Part shown: piece by piece, positions 1-8,810 of the stretch
How the letters are laid out: each line of letters starts with the position of its first letter
Numbering within the stretch: position 1 is the first letter of the stretch
From: an uncultured Clostridia bacterium
GTDB taxonomy: Bacteria > Bacillota > Clostridia > TANB77 > CAG-508
Direction: 5' to 3'
Assembly (NCBI GenBank): GCA_947632605.1
Contig: CANRPX010000001.1
Location: forward strand, 198,416-262,415
Length of the DNA stretch: 64,000 nucleotides
The notes under the pieces: model-generated
Told to the model about the DNA's origin: nothing
Database searches by the model: none
Seen by the model: the letters and a program-made list of their open reading frames with translations, nothing else
Translations under genes and position numbers: made by a program

Positions 1-1
1 A

Positions 2-1162
2 TTGATTAAAGAAAATGTAACAGAAAGATATGTAAAAAGTGGTATAGGATATGACCAGATTTCAGAAATAGTAAATATGTTAAATCCTAAAGCTCTTACA
101 ATTGGATTTGCTAGAAGATTTGCAACATATAAAAGAGCAACATTAATTTTTAAAGATATAGCTAGATTAACACAAATTTTAAATGATGATAAACGTCCTG
201 TTCAATTAGTATTTGCAGGTAAAGCACATCCAGCAGATAAAGAAGGACAAGATTTAATTAAATATATTCATGAAATATCTTTAATGCCACAATTTAAAGG
301 AAAGATATTCGTATTAGAAAATTATAATATTGGAATTTCTAGATATTTAGTAAGTGGTGTAGATGTATGGCTTAATAATCCAAGAAGACCAATGGAAGCT
401 TCAGGAACATCTGGTGAAAAAGCAGCAGTAAACGGAGTAATAAACTTCAGCGTTTTAGATGGTTGGTGGTGTGAAGGCTACACAGGCACAAATGGATGGA
501 CTATTGGAACAAATGCTAATTATGATTCTTATGAAGAACAAGATAAAGCTGATAGCAATAGTTTATATCATACTTTAGAAAACAGAATAATACCAACATA
601 TTATAATCAAGATAGTAATGGTGTTTCAAAAAATTGGGTTGCATATATGAAAAATTCTATAAAAACTAATGCTGGAAAATATAGTACAGCAAGAATGGTT
701 GCAGAATATGTAGATAGACTATATATGCCATTATGTAATTTAAGAAAAGATCATTTTGAAAATTTATCAGAAGTAGCAGAATTTACTCAGTGGAAGAAAA
801 GTGCAAGAGAAAATTGGGATAGAATAAGACTTGTTCAAGACAGAAATGTTGATAATGCTAAATTAGTTGCTGGAACAAAAATAAATGTAAGTTGTGAAGT
901 ATATTTACCAAATATAGATGAATCAAATGCAGATGTACAAGTATATTTCGGACAATTTTTAGAAAATGGAACTGTTAGAAATGTATATACAGAAACTATG
1001 CATAAAATTTCTGAAAATAGAGAAAGAAATACTTGCATATATGAAGCAGTTTTAGATTTGAAAACAGGTGGTAATTTTGGATATACATTTAGAGTTATGC
1101 CAAAACATCCAATGTTATTAGATTCAGAAAATTTAAATTTAGTTAAATGGATAACAAAATAA
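2..1162 (+). CDS. glgP: alpha-glucan (glycogen/maltodextrin) phosphorylase, C-terminal fragment (5' end lies outside the window)
   Basis: The ORF runs in from the window edge. Motifs QLVFAGKAHPADKEGQ, GVDVWLNNPRRPMEASGTSGEKAAVNG and LDGWW are typical of the alpha-glucan family phosphorylases. Confidence 0.7.
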   Translation: MIKENVTERYVKSGIGYDQISEIVNMLNPKALTIGFARRFATYKRATLIFKDIARLTQILNDDKRPVQLVFAGKAHPADKEGQDLIKYIHEISLMPQFKGKIFVLENYNIGISRYLVSGVDVWLNNPRRPMEASGTSGEKAAVNGVINFSVLDGWWCEGYTGTNGWTIGTNANYDSYEEQDKADSNSLYHTLENRIIPTYYNQDSNGVSKNWVAYMKNSIKTNAGKYSTARMVAEYVDRLYMPLCNLRKDHFENLSEVAEFTQWKKSARENWDRIRLVQDRNVDNAKLVAGTKINVSCEVYLPNIDESNADVQVYFGQFLENGTVRNVYTETMHKISENRERNTCIYEAVLDLKTGGNFGYTFRVMPKHPMLLDSENLNLVKWITK

Positions 1163-1193
1163 TAATTAATTATAAAAAAGAAAGCTTAAAAGT

Positions 1194-1231
1194 AAAAAGA
1201 TATATTTTATTATAAAATATATCTTTTTTTT
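1194..1231 (+). terminator. Rho-independent terminator after glgP
   Basis: Hairpin AAAAGATATATTTTA-ttat-TAAAATATATCTT followed by a T8 run. Confidence 0.7.
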
Positions 1232-1283
1232 ATAATTAATATAAAGCTTAAAATAAAAAATTTAAAAAATTTTTAAAAAACAC

Positions 1284-1312
1284 TTTACAAACAAAAATTA
1301 TGGTGCTATAAT
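1284..1312 (+). promoter_or_regulatory. sigma-A type promoter (TTTACA-17-TGcTATAAT, extended -10)
   Basis: Near-consensus -35 at 1284-1289 and extended -10 TGnTATAAT at 1304-1312. It sits about 350 nt upstream of the first secreted-protein gene. Confidence 0.5.
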
Positions 1313-1665
1313 CTCACACAAGTTAAATATTTTTAACTGCATTTATATTCTTAAAAATAGTAAATACTGTTCTAGTATTTATGAATTTCCAGATTATAAA
1401 ATTAAATATATTAAATTAAATTTTTGTTATGCCCCAAATCAATCACTTAATAGAACTTTTTTCTATTATTTTATTTGCTATACTTTGAACTTACTTAAAA
1501 ATTAAGTAAAATCCAAATTCAAAGATAGTTCATTTAATTTAAAATTCAGATTAATTGTTTATTTATGCCCCTAAATAATTATAAATGAGATTTGCAGATT
1601 AAAAATATTTAACTTTAATTTTTTAAAAAAGGAGGTTAAAAATTAATAGAATTATTAGAATTTGT

Positions 1666-2205
1666 TTGTTTATTAGTATAATTTTAATAGCATTTTGCAT
1701 TGGATTTTTTTCAGAAAAAATAAATATTAAAAATGATGAATTAGTAACTAATATTGCTAAATGGTCTTTTAACTCAAGTAACACTGAAAAAATGATTAAT
1801 ATATCTAATGAAAAAATATTTCCTGGTTCAAAAGGAGAATTTGAAATAGAATTAGATGCAACAGGTGCGGAAACAGATATTGAATATAAGATATTAGTTT
1901 TAGAAGAAAAAAATATACCAAGTAATTTTGAATTTTATGCAGAGACTATAAATTCTAAAGGAGAAATAATTGATAAAACAGATAAATATCAGCATTTTTC
2001 CGAATTAGCAAATAATAAATTGTTTGGAAGTATAGCTTTTGATAAGAATAATCAAACAAGAAAGATAAAAGTTTACTGGTTTTGGAAAGATGAAAATGTT
2101 GATGATTTATTAAATATCAAAGATGGAACTTTAGTTTTTAATGAAAACAATGAAAGTTCTTTAGATTGCAATTTAAAAATTGAAATTATAGGTAAACAGA
2201 TATAA
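1666..2205 (+). CDS. TasA/camelysin (peptidase M73)-family secreted protein; SipW-cognate type N-terminus
   Basis: Signal peptide, then INISNEKIFPGSKGEFEIEL (compare TasA/CalY ...NLSNLKPGD...FxFxN), KIKVYWFWKDEN (CalY KVKFLWNWDKQ) and a C-terminal SLDCNLKIEI block (CalY SLNLEWTF). The ORF starts at TTG 1666, but an in-frame ATT at 1642 lies 7 nt after GGAGG (1631-1635) and would give MNRIIRICLF..., a classic n-region plus h-region. Confidence 0.55.
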   Translation: MFISIILIAFCIGFFSEKINIKNDELVTNIAKWSFNSSNTEKMINISNEKIFPGSKGEFEIELDATGAETDIEYKILVLEEKNIPSNFEFYAETINSKGEIIDKTDKYQHFSELANNKLFGSIAFDKNNQTRKIKVYWFWKDENVDDLLNIKDGTLVFNENNESSLDCNLKIEIIGKQI

Positions 2206-2414
2206 TTTTAAATAATTTTGCACAAAAGAAAATTAATTACCTTTTTATTAAATAAATTTTTTACGAAAGAATTCATAATTAAAATCTTATAAACTTTATA
2301 TATTTTTAAGGTGGCATTTTTAAAGCCGAATGCCACTTTAAATTTTTTATTAAGAATAGTAATTATTATTATTTTTAATAAAGAATTTTAAAAATGTATA
2401 TTCGTTTATTTTAA

Positions 2415-2903
2415 TTGGAGGTGAAATTTAAAATAAAGAAAAAAGAAATAATTTTATTAATCTTGTTAATATTAATTCCGATAAAAGTTTCAGCAGGATA
2501 TTACGAAAAAATAGAAAATATAAAACTTTACTTCTTTATTGCAAAACCTATTTTAGTGATAGAAAAACAACAAAGCGAAATTGTAAAAAATGTTTATCAA
2601 AAAGAAAAAATAAAAGAATTTTATTTTACTATTAGAAATTATGAAGTAAATAATAATGTAAAAGAAATTTCAGAAGTTCCATTTTTTATTGATATGAAAA
2701 TAGAAAATTCAAATCAAAATTTTCCAATTGAATATAAAATATATGATTGTGAAAATAATGAAGAAATAACTGAGGATAAAAAAATATTTATAGATAAAAA
2801 TATTGAGTTTTTAAAAAAATATAAAGTTATAACTAGTTGGAAAAGTGATGCTAAAAATAGTTATAATGAAACAAACATTATTTTTAATATAGAACAAGCT
2901 TAA
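2415..2903 (+). CDS. secreted hypothetical protein (signal peptide ...IKVSAGYY), a possible companion matrix protein
   Basis: N-terminal hydrophobic signal with an AG/Y cleavage-like site. Lys/Glu/Asn-rich. No recognisable catalytic motif. Confidence 0.4.
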   Translation: MEVKFKIKKKEIILLILLILIPIKVSAGYYEKIENIKLYFFIAKPILVIEKQQSEIVKNVYQKEKIKEFYFTIRNYEVNNNVKEISEVPFFIDMKIENSNQNFPIEYKIYDCENNEEITEDKKIFIDKNIEFLKKYKVITSWKSDAKNSYNETNIIFNIEQA

Positions 2904-2924
2904 AAAGAGTAGTTAGAGGTTAAA

Positions 2925-3131
2925 ATGAAAAAAATATTTTTAATTAAAATTGTAATTGTTTTCTTATTATTTGTTATGATTTTTATAAGTAGTTTTAAAT
3001 TAGGAAAGAAATTTTATTTTTTAAAAAATACTTTACAGAATAATATGAAAGTAAATGCTAAAGCAACAATTATGAGATGGAATTTTAATGTAAAATTTAT
3101 AGTAGGAAAAGAGGTATTTGAGATTGAATAA
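2925..3131 (+). CDS. small membrane protein (one N-terminal TM)
   Basis: 68 aa, MKKIFLIKIVIVFLLFVMIFISSF hydrophobic helix. Overlaps the next ORF by 14 nt, which suggests operon-style coupling. Confidence 0.3.
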   Translation: MKKIFLIKIVIVFLLFVMIFISSFKLGKKFYFLKNTLQNNMKVNAKATIMRWNFNVKFIVGKEVFEIE

Positions 3132-3330
3132 AATAATATATAAAATTGTTTTTATTTTAATATTTGTAATTCTTTTTTTTACTATCAATGTATATGCTAA
3201 ATATAAATTAACATATAAATTACCAATATATAAAATTCAAATTAAAGAAAATGAACAAATAGATGATTCATTAGTAGTTTTAAAAGAAAATAATATGGAA
3301 AACAGACCTATTATAGAAATTCATAGATAA
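3118..3330 (+). CDS. small membrane protein (one N-terminal TM)
   Basis: 70 aa, IVFILIFVILFFTINVYA signal/TM. Tightly packed with the upstream ORFs. Confidence 0.3.
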   Translation: MRLNKIIYKIVFILIFVILFFTINVYAKYKLTYKLPIYKIQIKENEQIDDSLVVLKENNMENRPIIEIHR

Positions 3331-3410
3331 ATTATAATTATTAATTTAAACTTGTGAAAAAAACATATAAATGATATAATACTTTAGAAATTATATATGA
3401 GGAGAATTAG

Positions 3411-4268
3411 ATGTTATTTTCACAGCATAAAATGAAAACTTATGCTTTTGTTGGACCATCTGGTACAGGAAAGAGTTATAGGGCACAGATGGTAGCAAAT
3501 GAAAGAGGAATAAATTATATAATAGATGATGGACTTTTAATATCTGGAAATGAAATACTAGCTGGAATCTCTGCTAAAAAAGCACCAACAAAAATTGAAA
3601 CAGTAAGAAATGCATTATTTCAAAATGAAGAAAGAAAAAAGGAAATTCAAGAAGTAATTAGAAAAAGAAAACCAGATAGCATTTTAATATTAGGAACTTC
3701 TGATGAAATGGTTAAAAAAATTGTAGAAAACTTAGGATTTGAACCAATAACAGAAACTATATATATAACAGATGTAGCAACAGAAGAAGAAATGGCAATG
3801 GCGAGAGATATAAGAGTTCATCAAGGAAAACATGTTATTCCAGTTCCAACATTTGCTTTAAAAAAAGATTTTTCTGGTTATTTATTAGATCCACTTCAAA
3901 TTTTCAAATCTAAAGGAAGAGGGAAGGAACCTTATATATCAGAAAAATCTATTATAAGACCAACATTTAGTTATATGGGAAATTTTAAAATTTCTGATAC
4001 AGTTTTTAAACAAATAATGGATTGTGTGGCTCAAAAACAAGAAGGAGTACATAAAATTTATAGAGCAATTATAAAAAAACATGAAGAATTAAATGATGGT
4101 ATATATATTTATATAGAAGTAATTATTAATTATGGTTATAATGTTAATGATACTATGCAAGAATTAAAAAGAAGAATTATAAAAGAAATAGAAAAAATGA
4201 CAGCTATGAATGTTCTTAATATGGAAATTGTAGTTAAAGGTGTAAATTTAGAAAAGAAAAGCAAATAG
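3411..4268 (+). CDS. P-loop NTPase fused to a C-terminal Asp23/Gls24 (alkaline-shock protein, DUF322)-like domain
   Basis: Walker A GPSGTGKS at residues 15-22. C-terminal DGIYIYIEVIINYGYNVNDTMQELKRRIIKEIEKMTAMNVLNMEIVVKGVNL matches the Asp23 family signature (the ...VxYGxNI...V.V.V. pattern). RBS GAGGAG lies upstream. Confidence 0.5.
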   Translation: MLFSQHKMKTYAFVGPSGTGKSYRAQMVANERGINYIIDDGLLISGNEILAGISAKKAPTKIETVRNALFQNEERKKEIQEVIRKRKPDSILILGTSDEMVKKIVENLGFEPITETIYITDVATEEEMAMARDIRVHQGKHVIPVPTFALKKDFSGYLLDPLQIFKSKGRGKEPYISEKSIIRPTFSYMGNFKISDTVFKQIMDCVAQKQEGVHKIYRAIIKKHEELNDGIYIYIEVIINYGYNVNDTMQELKRRIIKEIEKMTAMNVLNMEIVVKGVNLEKKSK

Positions 4269-4311
4269 TTTATATGCTTTTTAAAAAAATATTTAAGGAT
4301 GAAATTGAATT

Positions 4312-4998
4312 ATGGCTTTTGTTGTTGCAATAGATGGACCAGCTGGTAGTGGAAAAGGAACAATCACAAAAATAGTTGGTGAAAAAATGAATTTAATAAA
4401 TATCGATACAGGTGCAATGTATAGATGTGTTACTTTAGCTTGTTTAGAAAAAGAAATTAAACCAGAAGATAATGATAAAATTTCAGAAGTTTTAGAAAGT
4501 ATTGATATAAAATTAGAAAAACAAAATGAAAAAAATCTTGTGTTCTTAAATGGAAAAGATGTTAGTGAAGAAATTAGAACTACAAGAGTAAATGAAAATG
4601 TGGCTAAATTTGCTGCTATTAAAATAATAAGAGATAAAATAACTCCTATCGAGAGAAAAATGGGAGAAATTCAAGATGTAATTATGGAAGGACGAGATAT
4701 TGGTACAGTAGTTTTTCCAGATGCAGATGTAAAAATATACCTAGATTGTTCTTTAGAAGAAAGAGCACGCAGACGTTACAAACAAAATTTACAAAAAGGA
4801 ATAAATTCTAGTTATGAAGAAGTTTTAGAAAATATAAAACAAAGACATAAATTAGAAACAGAAAGAGATATAGCACCTTTTGTTAAAGCGGAAGATGCTA
4901 TATATATAGATAGTACAAATTTAACAATAGAAGAGGTCACTGAAAAAATTATAGAAATTATTTCAAAAAAGAAGTTAGAAATTAGTAATAAAAATTAA
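4312..4998 (+). CDS. cmk: cytidylate kinase
   Basis: AIDGPAGSGKGT P-loop, GAMYR, and the DIGTVVFPDADVKIYLD...ERARRR motifs characteristic of Cmk. Confidence 0.9.
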   Translation: MAFVVAIDGPAGSGKGTITKIVGEKMNLINIDTGAMYRCVTLACLEKEIKPEDNDKISEVLESIDIKLEKQNEKNLVFLNGKDVSEEIRTTRVNENVAKFAAIKIIRDKITPIERKMGEIQDVIMEGRDIGTVVFPDADVKIYLDCSLEERARRRYKQNLQKGINSSYEEVLENIKQRHKLETERDIAPFVKAEDAIYIDSTNLTIEEVTEKIIEIISKKKLEISNKN

Positions 4999-5056
4999 AA
5001 ATGTAAAATTAAATATTGTTTGATAATATATCTTATTAATAAAGTTAGGGGTAAAT

Positions 5057-5671
5057 ATGAAAGATTTTTTTAAAGGAATTGGCAGAGTATTTATTAGAAG
5101 TGTTATATATATTTATTGCAAAATTGTATATAGAGTAAAGATTATTGGAAAAGAGAATATTCCTAAAGAAGGACCACTTCTTTTTTGTGGAAATCATAGA
5201 ACTTATTTAGATCCACCTTTAATAGTTGTTACAGCAGGAAGACACATGAGATTTCTTGCCAAAGAAGAATTAAGAAAAAATCCATTATTTGCTTTATTAG
5301 GAGTACTTTTTGAAGGAATATATGTTAAAAGAGATGAAAAAGATATAACCGCTTTAAAAAAAGCTTTAAAAACTTTAAAAAGTGGTGGATGTATAGGATT
5401 ATTCCCAGAAGGTACTAGAAATGGTTTAGAAAAAAATGATGGAAAAATAAAAAATGGTGCTGCATATATGGCATTAAAGTCAAATGCGAAAGTTGTACCA
5501 ATAGGAATTGTAGGACCTTCAAAACCGTTTACAAAAAATGCAATCATATATGGAAAACCAATTGATTTATCAGAATATGCCTCAAGTAAGAAAATAGAAA
5601 AAGAAACAGAAGAAAAGGTAAGTGAAATTATAAAAGAAGAAATTGTAAAATTAAGTAATGAGAAAATATAA
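5057..5671 (+). CDS. plsC: 1-acyl-sn-glycerol-3-phosphate acyltransferase
   Basis: H(X4)D motif in CGNHRTYLDP and the FPEGTRN motif. Confidence 0.8.
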   Translation: MKDFFKGIGRVFIRSVIYIYCKIVYRVKIIGKENIPKEGPLLFCGNHRTYLDPPLIVVTAGRHMRFLAKEELRKNPLFALLGVLFEGIYVKRDEKDITALKKALKTLKSGGCIGLFPEGTRNGLEKNDGKIKNGAAYMALKSNAKVVPIGIVGPSKPFTKNAIIYGKPIDLSEYASSKKIEKETEEKVSEIIKEEIVKLSNEKI

Positions 5672-5749
5672 ATGTTAATTTAAATAAAATAGTATTCAAT
5701 TTTAATTTTATATATTATAATAATAAAAAAAGAGAGGGGATTTTAAAAA

Positions 5750-6304
5750 ATGTTTTGTGGGGAATGTGGTAAAAAAATTGAAGAAAATTCAAAGTTTTGC
5801 AATTTTTGTGGAGCAAAAATTGAAACAAAAAATGAAGAAAAAACTGTTGCTAATAATGTAGAAAATACAAGTAATAGTAATAACACTAATGTTAATACAA
5901 ATGGACAAAATACAGTAAGTAATCAGCCACCAGTTCAAAATTATCAAGCACCAAGTTATCAAACTCAAAATTATCAGGCACCAAATTATCAGATGCCACC
6001 TAATTATCAAATGCCACCAAATTATCAAAATAATAATTCTAATTTTTATAATAATGGCAATAATATACCTTATGAATATAAACCAATTTCAATGTGGGGT
6101 TATTTTGGTTATGAAATCTTATTTTGGATACCTATTTTAGGAGTAATACTTTTTTTAATATTTGCACTTGGAGGAACTTCAAATAAAAATCTTAGAAATT
6201 ATGCAGCATCAAAGTTTTGCATTGTAATTATATTAGCTATTCTTCTATTCTTAATGTTTGGTGCTGGAATTTTTAGTGCTGCTACTGCAATGGGTAGATG
6301 GTAA
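5750..6304 (+). CDS. zinc-ribbon protein with a low-complexity N/Q/Y-rich (PNYQ-repeat) linker and C-terminal transmembrane helices
   Basis: CGECGKK...CNFCGAK zinc ribbon. Tandem NYQ(A/M)P repeats. Two predicted TM helices at the C-terminus. Confidence 0.6.
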   Translation: MFCGECGKKIEENSKFCNFCGAKIETKNEEKTVANNVENTSNSNNTNVNTNGQNTVSNQPPVQNYQAPSYQTQNYQAPNYQMPPNYQMPPNYQNNNSNFYNNGNNIPYEYKPISMWGYFGYEILFWIPILGVILFLIFALGGTSNKNLRNYAASKFCIVIILAILLFLMFGAGIFSAATAMGRW

Positions 6305-6365
6305 TATTTTATAACTAATATTTAAAAATAAGTACATATCACAATATAAATTAACATAAAATTTG

Positions 6366-6394
6366 TTGACAAATAAAAACTGCTAGTATATAAT
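6366..6394 (+). promoter_or_regulatory. sigma-A promoter TTGACA-17-TATAAT upstream of typA
   Basis: Consensus hexamers at 6366-6371 and 6389-6394. This implies a leader of about 100 nt before the typA start at 6503. Confidence 0.5.
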
Positions 6395-6502
6395 AATATG
6401 GTTAAATTTGAGAGAAAAATCAAGTTTAACCTTTTTATATTTTATAAAATATTAGTTCTAATTAATAATAAAATACATAAAAATCAAAGGGGTAATAAAA
6501 AA

Positions 6503-8326
6503 ATGAATAACCAGAAAATTAGAAATGTAGCAATAATTGCACACGTTGACCATGGAAAAACAACTTTAGTTGATGCAATGCTTAGACAAAGTGGTATTTT
6601 TAGAAGTAATGAACAAGTTGAAGAAAGAGTTATGGATTCAAATGACTTAGAAAGAGAAAGAGGAATCACTATTCTTTCTAAAAATACAGCAGTACATTAT
6701 GGTGACATTAAAATAAATATTGTAGATACACCAGGACATGCAGACTTTGGTGGAGAAGTTGAACGTGTACTAAAAATGGTAGATGGAGTTGTATTATTAG
6801 TTGATGCTTTTGAAGGTGCTATGCCTCAAACTAGAGAGGTTTTGAAAAAATCATTAGCATTAAATTTAAAACCAATTGTTGTTATAAATAAAATAGATAG
6901 ACCAGGTGCACAACCTTATAAAGTAGTTGACCAGGTTTTAGAGTTATTTATAGAACTTGGAGCAAATGATGAACAATTAGATTTTCCTGTTGTCTATGCA
7001 TCTGCTAAACAAGGTACTGCAACTTTAGATTTAAATCAAACTGGAACAGACTTAAAATGTTTATTTGAAACAATAATAAATTCAATTGATCCTCCAAAAT
7101 GTGAGATGGAAGGACCAATGCAAATGCTAGTTTCTAATATAGATTATGATGATTACATTGGAAGAATTTCAATAGGTAGAGTTGAAAGAGGAGAAATTAA
7201 TTTAAATATGCCTGTTGCAATTTGCAAAAGTGAAAACAAAATATTAAATGCAAGAGTAGCAAAGTTATATCTATACGATGGATTAAAAAGAATAGAAGTT
7301 GAGCATGCCAAAGCTGGAGATATTGTTGCATTATCAGGTGTAGCTGATATTAATATTGGTGATACAATTTGTGATTATGAACATCCTGAAAAAATTCCTT
7401 TTGTAGATATTGATGAACCAACAGTATCTATGACATTTAGTGTTAATAATGGACCTTTTGCAGGAAGAGAAGGAAAATTTATTACTTCAAGACATATTAG
7501 AGATAGATTATTTAAAGAATTAGATAGAAATGTTAGTTTAAGAGTAAAAGAAACAGAATCACCAGATTCTTTTGAGGTTTCAGGAAGAGGAGAATTACAT
7601 TTATCTGTACTTATTGAAACTATGAGAAGAGAAGGATTTGAACTTTTAGTTTCAAGACCAAAAGTTATTTTAAAAGAAATTAATGGTGTTAAATGTGAAC
7701 CAATTGAAAGATTAGTTGTAAATGTTCCAGATGATTGTGTTGGAAATGTTATAGAAAAATTAGGTAGAAGAAAAGCTGAAATGATTAATATGGAGCCAGC
7801 AGAAGATGGACATACAAAAATAGAATTTAAAATTCCAGCTAGAGGAATTATTGGATATAGAACAGAATTCTTAACAGATACAAAAGGTGAAGGAACAATG
7901 AATCACATTTTTGACTGTTACGAAGAATTTAAAGGTGATATTCAAGCTAGAACAAGAGGAACAATAGTTGCTTTTGAAAATGGAAAATCTATTACTTATG
8001 GTTTATATAATGCTCAAGATAAAGGAGATTTATTTATAGGACCTGGTGTAGAAGTTTATGAAGGTATGATAGTAGGACTAAATTCTAGAGGAGAAGATTT
8101 AGCTATAAATGTATGTAAAGAAAAACATTTAACAAATACTAGAGCATCTGGATCTGATGAAGCATTACGTTTAGTTCCACCAATTCAAATGTCTTTAGAG
8201 AAAGCAATTGAATTTATACAAGATGATGAACTTGTAGAAGTAACACCACAAAGTATTAGATTAAGAAAGAAAATACTTAATAATAAAGATAGAGAAAGAG
8301 CTGCAAGAGCTACTATGAATAAATAA
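6503..8326 (+). CDS. typA: translational GTPase TypA/BipA
   Basis: [31 protein letters not shown] and NKIDR G-motifs. About 607 aa and colinear with BipA. The start is taken at the ATG preceded by AAAGGGG; the ORF track extends further 5'. Confidence 0.9.
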   Translation: MNNQKIRNVAIIAHVDHGKTTLVDAMLRQSGIFRSNEQVEERVMDSNDLERERGITILSKNTAVHYGDIKINIVDTPGHADFGGEVERVLKMVDGVVLLVDAFEGAMPQTREVLKKSLALNLKPIVVINKIDRPGAQPYKVVDQVLELFIELGANDEQLDFPVVYASAKQGTATLDLNQTGTDLKCLFETIINSIDPPKCEMEGPMQMLVSNIDYDDYIGRISIGRVERGEINLNMPVAICKSENKILNARVAKLYLYDGLKRIEVEHAKAGDIVALSGVADINIGDTICDYEHPEKIPFVDIDEPTVSMTFSVNNGPFAGREGKFITSRHIRDRLFKELDRNVSLRVKETESPDSFEVSGRGELHLSVLIETMRREGFELLVSRPKVILKEINGVKCEPIERLVVNVPDDCVGNVIEKLGRRKAEMINMEPAEDGHTKIEFKIPARGIIGYRTEFLTDTKGEGTMNHIFDCYEEFKGDIQARTRGTIVAFENGKSITYGLYNAQDKGDLFIGPGVEVYEGMIVGLNSRGEDLAINVCKEKHLTNTRASGSDEALRLVPPIQMSLEKAIEFIQDDELVEVTPQSIRLRKKILNNKDRERAARATMNK

Positions 8327-8382
8327 AAAAACCCCGCTTTGTAACGCGCACGAACGATACTAAGCGGGATTTGTTTAGAGGA
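8327..8382. terminator. bidirectional Rho-independent terminator (GC-rich hairpin CCCGCTT...AAGCGGG)
   Basis: AAAAACCCCGCTT-(22 nt)-AAGCGGGATTTGTTT on the + strand. On the - strand it reads GGGG followed by T6, so it can terminate both typA and the convergent minus-strand ORF. Confidence 0.55.
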
Positions 8383-8397
8383 TATACCCTCTAAAAA

Positions 8398-8724
8398 TTA
8401 AATGCTTTCCGGACGATATATTAATAATTCTTGCTCTCCGGATACGTCGGTCTGTCTGCGGTATGCAATAAAAGACCGTCTTGGGTCGATGTTCTTGAGA
8501 GAAAGGTATTCGCCATCTTGTATCATGTGGAACATGTACTGATTCTTTTGAAAAAAAGAAAAATCAGTTACAGGAGATGACAATTTCTTGTCTGACAGTA
8601 TTATGCCATCACATTCTACAACGTAGGCTAAAACCATCCGATCTGTGAGATCTACACCTAACTCCTCGAGTTTCTCGAAAACTTCTTGATTTGATACATA
8701 ATCCATGGAATCGCCCCTTTGCAA
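8398..8724 (-). CDS. hypothetical protein (108 aa) in a locally GC-rich island, the only minus-strand gene in the window
   Basis: Clean ORF with clearly higher GC (mid-40s %) than its flanks. No recognisable motifs. Convergent with typA. Confidence 0.45.
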   Translation of the reverse strand: MQRGDSMDYVSNQEVFEKLEELGVDLTDRMVLAYVVECDGIILSDKKLSSPVTDFSFFQKNQYMFHMIQDGEYLSLKNIDPRRSFIAYRRQTDVSGEQELLIYRPESI

Positions 8725-8810
8725 TTTTTTATAAAAATTCGTGCTATTAATATTATATCACATATTAACATAAATGACAAAGTTATAGAGATTTAAAGTA
8801 ATGGAGAAAA

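Noticed and set aside
5203-5547. 114-aa ORF on the minus strand inside plsC
   Set aside because: It lies entirely antisense to a well-supported acyltransferase gene. Its composition is low-complexity (F/P/K-rich) with no RBS context, which is typical of a spurious ORF in AT-rich DNA.
5789-6028. 79-aa minus-strand ORF rich in W/H/L/I
   Set aside because: It is the antisense reading of the NYQ repeat region (a mirror-image repeat), so an artefact of low-complexity DNA.
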